Shown: piece by piece, positions 25,777-31,085 of the stretch
Position numbering within the stretch: position 1 is the stretch's first letter
How the letters are laid out: every line of letters starts with the position of its first letter
IMG/VR virus record: IMGVR_UViG_3300044846_001855
Coordinates: 1 to 36,898 of that record
DNA length: 36,898 nt
Source: a virus
Reading direction: 5' to 3' (one strand)
The notes under the pieces: generated by a model
What the model saw: only the letters and a program-made list of their open reading frames with translations
What the model was told of the DNA's origin: nothing
Databases searched by the model: none
Made by a program: the position numbers and the translations under genes

Positions 25777-26101
25777 TGATGACTCGCTCGATTCGCTCTA
25801 CCTTCACAGCCTCACCATCTGGGCCTGATACCTCGGTACGCGCCAATTTAGGGATGTGATATTCAACCACCGACTGAAACAGCTCAAACGCCTTTGCAGG
25901 GTTTGGCTTTACATCTTGGTCAGGGATTCCATGCGCCACTTGATCGAGCCATTCAGAGAGCCTATGAGCGTTTCCGTCTACGAATAGGGCTATGGCCTCA
26001 CGCGCCTGCGTTGTCGCCTTGTTGGGCGTTCCAGCTGGTCTGCCGTTGGGGTTATTGGTCTTTCCCTTCCGGCTTTGTTTCACTTTGTTGTTTTCAGGCA
26101 T
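25754..26101 (-). CDS. Putative terminase small subunit (115 aa)
   Basis: It is immediately upstream of and overlapping TerL. The basic N-terminus carries NPNGRPAGTPNK, an HTH-like motif common in TerS proteins. The ATG is at 26101, with SD GAGGGG. Confidence 0.5.
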   Translation of the reverse strand: MPENNKVKQSRKGKTNNPNGRPAGTPNKATTQAREAIALFVDGNAHRLSEWLDQVAHGIPDQDVKPNPAKAFELFQSVVEYHIPKLARTEVSGPDGEAVKVERIERVIIDKHTPN

Positions 26102-26220
26102 CACTTACCCCTCTGATCATCCTCAATCAACAGCTTTACCACTGCGATGTATCCGATACCCAGCAAAGGCAATCCGATTGCGCAGAGTCCAAGGCCCAAA
26201 CACCATTCGTAGAGTTTCAT
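26101..26220 (-). CDS. Candidate 39-aa membrane peptide (MKLYEWCLGLGLCAIGLPLLGIGYIAVVKLLIEDDQRGK)
   Basis: My own translation. The stop TGA shares a base with the TerS ATG (TGATG). It has one clear TM segment. Confidence 0.45.
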   Translation of the reverse strand: MKLYEWCLGLGLCAIGLPLLGIGYIAVVKLLIEDDQRGK

Positions 26221-26224
26221 GATT

Positions 26225-26350
26225 TCACCATACCATGAATTGAGCGAACCAAATCATAAACCGATATGCCGCATATCCTGCGACACATCCAGCGGCAATG
26301 ACTGCGATTGTGAGTGCGGCGCTTACTGCGTTGATTGCTGTGTTTGACAT
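26225..26350 (-). CDS. Candidate 41-aa membrane peptide (MSNTAINAVSAALTIAVIAAGCVAGYAAYRFMIWFAQFMVW), first ORF of the late operon
   Basis: My own translation. It has a near-perfect SD (AGGAGGAAAGA-ATG). Confidence 0.55.
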   Translation of the reverse strand: MSNTAINAVSAALTIAVIAAGCVAGYAAYRFMIWFAQFMVW

Positions 26351-26582
26351 TCTTTCCTCCTGTTGATTATTAGCCCTCGTCTTTCCGAGGCGTCACCGAG
26401 CGTCTATCCAGAATAACCCCGCAGCGGGAGGCCGTGTTAACTGATGGGTGCGCGAGTGATCTCAGCGCGGCTACTTTGTTTGTTTGGCAGAAGTGATTAA
26501 AAATCTAAGCCCGTTCCATCAATCAAACCGCCTGTCCTTTAGCTGCATCAACGTTAATTAATGCCAAGCGGCTTGATTCATG

Positions 26583-26737
26583 GTGTTATCAAAGCGGGCA
26601 GGGCTTGATACCTGCTTGGTCAACTGTCGGGCAACTTTTACAAGCCAGTCCCCAAGGTCGCATCCTTGGATCATACCTTCCCCTTTCGGGTACCCCGCAG
26701 GCTTGCGTGTCCTTCCACGCCGCCGCTTTGATAACAC
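26583..26737 (-). ncRNA. Candidate structured RNA domain in the late-operon leader: a 15-bp closing stem plus four internal helices
   Basis: P1 is 26583-26597 paired with 26723-26737 (a perfect 15 bp). Internal hairpins lie at 26598-26615, 26652-26669, 26681-26690 (GAAA loop on the minus strand) and 26705-26720. Helix 26641-26646/26700-26705 is also present. There is no convincing ORF or SD. Confidence 0.4.
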
Positions 26738-26832
26738 ATCCATTCTCAAAATTGCGCTATGTTTTCAGGCTCGGCGCTTTTGATGCTTGCACTGCCAAAA
26801 CAATCGGGCTGTCAGTGGTCGCACTTGAGAGA

Positions 26833-26861
26833 ATTGTCTAGTCTAGGATTGAGACTATCGG
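26833..26861 (-). promoter_or_regulatory. Candidate late promoter: -10 GACAAT (26838-26833, minus), with palindrome TAGTCT-N7-AGACTA (26839-26857) occupying the spacer and a weak -35
   Basis: Read directly. It shares CTAGACAAT with the promoters at 2752-2760 and 30539-30547. Confidence 0.25.
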
Positions 26862-26887
26862 AGGGAGATAATGAGCCGCCCTTTGTT

Positions 26888-27193
26888 CTATTTTAGCACT
26901 TCTGCTGCTTTTAAAGCGCCTGTTTCGCCATCAAAAGTCAGTTGAAGGTTGCGATTTTCATCGGTTCCAAAGCACCACGCAAATGAACAGTGACGTCCAT
27001 ACCCGTAAACCATTGCAAGCACCACAACATCAGGCTTAGGCTCTGGCTTGATGCGGTACTCGGTATTTAGGCTCCATTCTGGAGAGTAATCTCCAACGTC
27101 CATCCATTCCTCTTGTCCATTAGGTCTGAATTGAATTTGATGACCATCAGCCCAAGCCTTAATGATCTCTGCGTGTTTGTGTGGTGTTTTCAT
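26888..27193 (-). CDS. Hypothetical phage protein (101 aa), last gene before the late leader
   Basis: ATG with SD GGAGAG. The N-terminal HKHAEIIKAWADGHQIQ pattern recurs in phage early proteins (from memory). Confidence 0.7.
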   Translation of the reverse strand: MKTPHKHAEIIKAWADGHQIQFRPNGQEEWMDVGDYSPEWSLNTEYRIKPEPKPDVVVLAMVYGYGRHCSFAWCFGTDENRNLQLTFDGETGALKAAEVLK

Positions 27194-27224
27194 GTTTCTC
27201 TCCGGTTGCGTTGTTGATGGCTCA

Positions 27225-27268
27225 ATTATCGGGCCTGCTTTTGCGTCTGCGTATAGGGGTTTACCCTA
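27225..27268 (-). promoter_or_regulatory. Candidate promoter with an upstream palindrome. The minus strand reads TAGGGTAAACCCCTA (27268-27254), TACGCA (27253-27248), a 17-nt spacer, then GATAAT (27230-27225).
   Basis: Read directly. This is one of four sites with the same layout. Confidence 0.45.
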
Positions 27269-27377
27269 GGTTTAGCAAAATAATTGCACCAACCACAGCA
27301 AACGCCACAGTCACCACAAACAGCCCACCAGACACAAGCGCGTCTAGCTCTGCGTCTTGTAATTCTTCGTCGTTCAT
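27261..27377 (-). CDS. Candidate 38-aa membrane peptide (MNDEELQDAELDALVSGGLFVVTVAFAVVGAIILLNLG)
   Basis: My own translation. There is an ATGA overlap with the upstream gene (27374-27377) and one TM segment. Confidence 0.45.
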   Translation of the reverse strand: MNDEELQDAELDALVSGGLFVVTVAFAVVGAIILLNLG

Positions 27378-27625
27378 GCAGCCCCCACGTTAAAAATAGA
27401 GTTCACCCCGTCAAAAATGTGCTTCTTAAAGCACCCATTCACCTCGAACACATGAAAGGCCTGACCCCTCACGGTTAGCGTTTCCTTCACCTTGATGCGC
27501 TTGATCTTGTGTAGCTGGCCTAATGCGCCGTTTACCTGCTTTCGGGTCAGTCCCGTGCGCTTTTCCATCTCGCTACGGTCAACAATGCCACGCTTCAGGC
27601 AATCAAAAATTACTTCGATGTTCAT
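27374..27625 (-). CDS. Small winged-helix DNA-binding protein (83 aa)
   Basis: The pattern RSEMEKRTGLTRKQVNGALGQLHKIKRI, followed by a beta hairpin, is typical of a wHTH. There is an ATGA overlap with the upstream gene. Confidence 0.65.
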   Translation of the reverse strand: MNIEVIFDCLKRGIVDRSEMEKRTGLTRKQVNGALGQLHKIKRIKVKETLTVRGQAFHVFEVNGCFKKHIFDGVNSIFNVGAA

Positions 27626-28236
27626 GCTTCAAATACGCAGTCGTTAATGTTTTTCATTTTGCCCTTGTTCTTCAGGATTCGCGTGACGTTAGCATTTGTG
27701 TGCGCCGTAGCCCGTTGAAACTGCGCATGGGTTACCTCTTTGAGTAGATCGCCGTAAACGCCCACCACTTCCCGAAGTGTCGCCAGTTCCTCGGCCTTAA
27801 ATGACTGGGTCCCCATGCGCTTCTGGCGGTCTAGGGCGTGAACCATTGCCGACTGAGCTTGTTTGACAAACGGCATAGCGTCTACCCGATTCAAAACAAT
27901 CATGCTCTCAATTCGGTTCAGGCACTCAAACATAGGCTGCCAGCACTCCACCTTGTCCCAGTCGCCACGGCTTAGGCGGTCTAGGGCGGCGATAACTGGC
28001 GTCATCTGGTCATTCCACTCCGCATGGGTCAACAGGCTAGCCTGATACTTGGCGTGTTCAATGGGGTTGACCTTGAGCCACACCTTGCGATTGCACTTTT
28101 TACGCACTTGCAGCCTCCCGCTTTGCGCTGATGTATATGACTGTCTGGTCGGGGACTTTAGGGTATTCCGCTTTATTGTCAATGCGGATATTTTCATAAA
28201 ATCCGTCATTTGGCCCCGCTTGAAGGTATAGGCCAC
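27622..28236 (-). CDS. Hypothetical protein with an uncertain start (204 aa from GTG 28236; more likely GTG 28083 or ATG 28005)
   Basis: The first 137 nt overlap the 76-aa gene in another frame and encode a Ser/Thr/Arg/Lys-rich stretch. The sequence looks protein-like from about KVWLKVNPIEHAKY onward. Confidence 0.55.
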   Translation of the reverse strand: MAYTFKRGQMTDFMKISALTIKRNTLKSPTRQSYTSAQSGRLQVRKKCNRKVWLKVNPIEHAKYQASLLTHAEWNDQMTPVIAALDRLSRGDWDKVECWQPMFECLNRIESMIVLNRVDAMPFVKQAQSAMVHALDRQKRMGTQSFKAEELATLREVVGVYGDLLKEVTHAQFQRATAHTNANVTRILKNKGKMKNINDCVFEA

Positions 28237-28330
28237 GAGTCAACTTGAGATTTATTGCCACAGGTTTTCCTGCGGCCAATTTGATTAGCGCCCAATTTCG
28301 CAGTTTCCGTAAAAGAGATTTCATTCTCAT
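28100..28330 (-). CDS. Hypothetical protein (76 aa)
   Basis: The internal ATG (M8 of the track ORF) overlaps the upstream stop (ATGA at 28327-28330), with SD GGGGGA. Confidence 0.55.
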   Translation of the reverse strand: MRMKSLLRKLRNWALIKLAAGKPVAINLKLTRGLYLQAGPNDGFYENIRIDNKAEYPKVPDQTVIYISAKREAASA

Positions 28331-28584
28331 TCCCCCGCCTTGTATAGCCAATACATACCTTTGCCGACTTTAAAGTCGCTCATCATCTTGATGGTCACTT
28401 GCTGGCCGTTAAACGCTTCTACCGTGCATGGCATGGCGTCACGGTTTTCGATTGCCTTTTGCAGTCGTGCCACTTGTGCGCGGAGGTCTACAAGTTCCTT
28501 GTTTAGCGCGTCAATGTCATAAGTTTCGCGCAAGTGCTTTAGGTATTGCCTCTGCGCGTCTTCTCTAAGTTCATCGCTTACCAT
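28327..28584 (-). CDS. Hypothetical coiled-coil protein (85 aa)
   Basis: Clean ATG, overlapping the upstream stop region by 7 nt. Confidence 0.7.
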   Translation of the reverse strand: MVSDELREDAQRQYLKHLRETYDIDALNKELVDLRAQVARLQKAIENRDAMPCTVEAFNGQQVTIKMMSDFKVGKGMYWLYKAGE

Positions 28585-28886
28585 GTGTATAACCCTCGTT
28601 TTGTCAATTCATCTACAGTTTTCATGTGAGCGTTAACCCACATTTCCCGCTTCTCAAAATTGCTCATTGAGTAACCCTGATCAAGCAAACTATGGCATCT
28701 ACTGCAAAGACTCGCACACTTGTCGTCGCTTGCCTTGATAGACCTGCCTTTGCCCTCTGTCGCCCAGTTTGAATGTGCACCGCAAACCGTACCGTCATCC
28801 CGTCCGCAGTTCTGGCAAGGAATGGTACGGTAAGCCTCCATTAGCTTTTTGCTGCGGACGTATTGGAATTTAGGTCTAGCTGTCAT
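28578..28886 (-). CDS. DUF1364/YbcO-like zinc-binding (nuclease-like) protein (102 aa)
   Basis: The pattern PCQNCGR..GTVCGAHSNW...KG...KASD...ASLCSRCH..LD matches the YbcO/DUF1364 Cys/His arrangement as I recall it. The first ATG is at 28886. Confidence 0.65.
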   Translation of the reverse strand: MTARPKFQYVRSKKLMEAYRTIPCQNCGRDDGTVCGAHSNWATEGKGRSIKASDDKCASLCSRCHSLLDQGYSMSNFEKREMWVNAHMKTVDELTKRGLYTW

Positions 28887-29053
28887 TAGCAACTACCGTC
28901 ACAACCATATCCAAGCTGGCATTGTTGATTGCAATAGCCGGTGCTGTTGCCTCGCCCTCCGTCATGCTCATCGCAGAGCCATGCTTGTAATTGTTGGTCA
29001 TAAACAGTGGCGACTTTTTCACAATCGCAATATTCGCAAACATGCTGCTCCAT
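28876..29053 (-). CDS. Small gene with an ambiguous frame. Two 55-codon ORFs are possible: 28886-29053 (Cys-rich, MEQHVCEYCDCEKVATVYDQQLQAWLCDEHDGG...) or 28876-29043 (MFANIAIVKKSPLF...).
   Basis: The Cys-rich frame has an ideal SD (AAGGAG plus 6 nt) and a TAATG junction with the next gene. The other frame has higher third-position GC. See findings. Confidence 0.4.
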
Positions 29054-29056
29054 GCC

Positions 29057-29332
29057 TCACTCCTTAAAAACAATCCCATGCTCCGCGCCCCATGCGTGAA
29101 GCCAGTTACCGATAAAAATTGCGTCATACCTTGTTAGCTCGTCTGATTCGCATGTGCTGTTATTCAGCAAAACCAAGTATCTGTCGCGCTTCATCAGAAT
29201 CTGCCTAACTCTTTCTTTTGACAAGCCGCCGAACTTGCCTCCAATAAAATGAAGCGGTGCGCCTAACTGTCTGTACAAGTGCATTGCCTCGTACTTTTTG
29301 ACATATTCCTCAGCCTGTGCCCTGCTTGTCAT
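29057..29332 (-). CDS. Small protein with a sigma70 region-4-like HTH (91 aa)
   Basis: GGLSKERVRQILMK matches the region 4.2 recognition-helix signature (LS.eRvRQI). Confidence 0.65.
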   Translation of the reverse strand: MTSRAQAEEYVKKYEAMHLYRQLGAPLHFIGGKFGGLSKERVRQILMKRDRYLVLLNNSTCESDELTRYDAIFIGNWLHAWGAEHGIVFKE

Positions 29333-29655
29333 CGCGCCGCCCTGTCTTGGTTGCGGTTGTTAGCCTGCTCTGTGCGCCATATCTCAGGCACGATCTGAGC
29401 CGCTATCAGCTTCCACTTTAAAAGCTCCTCAATCTCCACGGCTTCGCGCAGTCCTTTGATTAGCTCGATGTAGTCAGGATGTGCATAGGCGTCCATTTCC
29501 TTAGCGGCTGCGCTTTTTTCTGCGCTTTCCTTCATCAGAATGGCCTTCTTGCTTTTCCTGAACTCTTCCAAGTAAATGCGGTCTGCCTTTGCACTGGCGA
29601 ACTTCTTAGCGTTGGCTAGTATGAAGTCAACCGCCTCTTCTGGGTCGCGTTTCAT
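29329..29655 (-). CDS. Conserved phage hypothetical protein (108 aa)
   Basis: The ATG (M8 of the track ORF) overlaps the upstream stop (ATGA at 29652-29655). The sequence is helical and Lys/Glu/Ala-rich. Confidence 0.7.
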   Translation of the reverse strand: MKRDPEEAVDFILANAKKFASAKADRIYLEEFRKSKKAILMKESAEKSAAAKEMDAYAHPDYIELIKGLREAVEIEELLKWKLIAAQIVPEIWRTEQANNRNQDRAAR

Positions 29656-29837
29656 TCTGCCAATGCCTGATTGCAAAGGCTATCCACCCGCGCCCAATGC
29701 TCGTCTGCGGTTGCGTTCATAGCTACGTCTTGAATAGCCCTCAAAGCCTCGCGCAGCGCTTCAATCTGCTGCTCACGCTCAACCGCCATGCGTTTGATGG
29801 TGTTTAGTGCGTCTTCGCTTACGTTGATTGTTTTCAT
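29652..29837 (-). CDS. Hypothetical protein (61 aa)
   Basis: Clean ATG, with ATGA overlaps at both ends. Confidence 0.65.
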   Translation of the reverse strand: MKTINVSEDALNTIKRMAVEREQQIEALREALRAIQDVAMNATADEHWARVDSLCNQALAE

Positions 29838-30511
29838 TCTGCATCCTTCCGTGCGCGTGTAATGCGGCTATGCGCGACTTCAATCAAAAGTCGATATTCA
29901 AGGTGCGTTTGCTCATCGTGCTTTGACTCGGAGGCAGACAAAAACTCATCAACGGAGCCTCTAAAACATCCGCGAGTTACTTCTAATTCGTTGTCTTTTG
30001 TGTTGTAGACGGTAATCGTCCCGTTTTCACTGCCTACTTTTGATGCCCAAAAAATCATGCCATCGCCGTACACCCACGCATCGCCGTACACCCGCGCATT
30101 GCCGTACACCCGCGCATCGCCGTACACCTGCACATTGCCGTACACCCGCGCATCGCCGTACACCCACGCATCGCCGTACACCTGCGCATTGCCGTACACC
30201 CACGCATTGCCGTACACCCACGCATCGCCGTACACCCGCGCATCGCCGTACACCCGCGCATCGCCGTACACCCACGCATTGCCGTACACCCACGCATCGC
30301 CGTACACCCGCGCATCGCCGTACACCCGCGCATCGCCGTACACCCACGCATTGCCGGACTCAGCAAGGCATTTTTCAGACTCGATATATCCACCCAATGA
30401 GCCGGGCGATGCAATCCAAGAAATAGCTACCAAGGCGCGAATTCGCTTTAAGGTGCGCCCCGGTGCAATCGTGATTACGTCGCCGTCTACAAACTCATAC
30501 TTTGCGTTCAT
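29834..30511 (-). CDS. Hexapeptide-repeat (left-handed beta-helix type) protein with 16 tandem A-x-V-Y-G-D/N units (225 aa)
   Basis: The start MNAKYEFVDGD has SD GGAGAG. The central region reads (VYGDAR/VYGDAW/VYGNAW...) x16. Both flanking domains are non-repetitive. Confidence 0.8.
   Translation of the reverse strand: MNAKYEFVDGDVITIAPGRTLKRIRALVAISWIASPGSLGGYIESEKCLAESGNAWVYGDARVYGDARVYGDAWVYGNAWVYGDARVYGDARVYGDAWVYGNAWVYGNAQVYGDAWVYGDARVYGNVQVYGDARVYGNARVYGDAWVYGDGMIFWASKVGSENGTITVYNTKDNELEVTRGCFRGSVDEFLSASESKHDEQTHLEYRLLIEVAHSRITRARKDAE
30062..30355. repeat. Tandem 18-nt repeat array: 16 full units plus a partial one, including a perfect 72-bp duplication (30206-30277 = 30278-30349)
   Basis: Read directly. 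The unit is atYgccgtacaccYRcRc, and variation is confined to 4 positions. Confidence 0.95.
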
Positions 30512-30538
30512 TTCTCTCTCCGTGTTGTTGATAGCTGA

Positions 30539-30582
30539 ATTGTCTAGCACTTTTTCACGCTTGCGAATTAGGGGAAACCCTA
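30539..30582 (-). promoter_or_regulatory. Candidate promoter with an upstream palindrome. The minus strand reads TAGGGTTTCCCCTA (30582-30569), TTCGCA (30567-30562), a 17-nt spacer, then GACAAT (30544-30539).
   Basis: Read directly. The stop codon TAG of the upstream gene forms the first 3 nt of the palindrome. Confidence 0.45.
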
Positions 30583-30852
30583 TGTTTGCAGAATTTTTAG
30601 CGCACTCAGCGCCGCATCCACGCTATCCACCATTGCAACAGGCAGTCCGTGCGCTTCCTCCGTTTGCTTTGCGTTCATTCCCTTGCGCCCGTAGCCTGTT
30701 TTTGGGTTTTTTACCTCAACATACATAGTCCGGTCACCAATCCACACTTGCAAGTCATACGGCTGATGCACCACTTTGACCTTAGCCCCCGCCTTTCGCA
30801 GTGCAGCCACGATCTCGGCTTGATTCGCGTCAACCCTTCTGGCGTATCTCAT
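30580..30852 (-). CDS. Putative PD-(D/E)XK (VRR-NUC-like) nuclease (90 aa)
   Basis: The pattern RRVDANQAEIVAALRKAGAKV...YDLQVW....MYVEVKNPK shows the D...E-V-K signature of small phage resolvase/nuclease proteins. Confidence 0.6.
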   Translation of the reverse strand: MRYARRVDANQAEIVAALRKAGAKVKVVHQPYDLQVWIGDRTMYVEVKNPKTGYGRKGMNAKQTEEAHGLPVAMVDSVDAALSALKILQT

Positions 30853-31009
30853 TCAATCGCTCCTTCACTCCCTTGATTAGCTCCAGCCAAGGCATCATTT
30901 CGTGATAGTTTCTCAGTGACCATTTAGCCAGCTCCTTGTCCGTTTCTTTCATCTCTAGGATGTGGTTTATCAGCTTCTCGCGGATGTTCGCTAACGGGTG
31001 GTTTGCCAA
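30830..31009 (-). CDS. Candidate ORF B (59 aa from TTG 31009: ANHPLANIREKLINHILEMKETDKELAKWSLRNYHEMMPWLELIKGVKERLNEIRQKG)
   Basis: My own translation. SD GGGAG lies 7 nt upstream of the TTG. Third-position GC is high in this frame downstream of 31008. Confidence 0.45.
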   Translation of the reverse strand: MANHPLANIREKLINHILEMKETDKELAKWSLRNYHEMMPWLELIKGVKERLNEIRQKG

Positions 31010-31085
31010 AAATGCGCTCCCAGTTCTTGCGGAATTCGTCCATATCTGTCGGGCGGGGGGTGTCGCCCTTGCCTGCTTCGCTCAT
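30924..31085 (-). CDS. Candidate ORF A (53 aa: MSEAGKGDTPRPTDMDEFRKNWERIFGK...)
   Basis: My own translation. There is an ATGA overlap with the upstream gene and SD AAGGAG. Third-position GC is coding-like only up to the T5 run (31008-31012), after which it collapses. Confidence 0.5.
   Translation of the reverse strand: MSEAGKGDTPRPTDMDEFRKNWERIFGKPPVSEHPREADKPHPRDERNGQGAG

Noticed and set aside
26558-26749. A 61-63 codon minus-strand ORF with an arginine-rich N-terminus (MDVLSKRRRGRTRKPAGYPKGEG...) reminiscent of N-type antiterminator ARM peptides, plus plus-strand ORFs 26580-26783 and 26605-26841
   Set aside because: It has no usable SD. The ORF spans both arms of the 15-bp inverted repeat and every internal helix, so it is more simply explained as chance openness in a structured RNA region. 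It is kept as the alternative hypothesis in the structured-leader finding because its third-position GC is not clearly non-coding.
26872-26947. A plus-strand mini-ORF with a strong-looking SD (GGAGGGAGATA-ATG, 24 codons) antisense to the end of gene 26888-27193
   Set aside because: It is antisense to a supported gene, extremely short, and no other plus-strand transcription is expected in this region. The GGAGGG is more likely fortuitous.
30062-30355. The tandem repeat array considered as a possible CRISPR array or DGR variable region
   Set aside because: The units are contiguous with no spacers, so this is not a CRISPR array. No reverse transcriptase or template-repeat copy exists anywhere in the genome, and the variation is not adenine-specific, so it is not a DGR.
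30027-30728. Four overlapping ORFs on both strands across the repeat array (30027-30347, 30040-30426, 30055-30414, 30057-30728), encoding RRCAGV, HRRTPA, MRGCTA and PYTHAS repeats
   Set aside because: They are artefacts of an 18-nt repeat that lacks stop codons in all six frames. Only the frame continuous with the non-repetitive N- and C-terminal domains and carrying a proper SD (29834-30511, minus) is credible.
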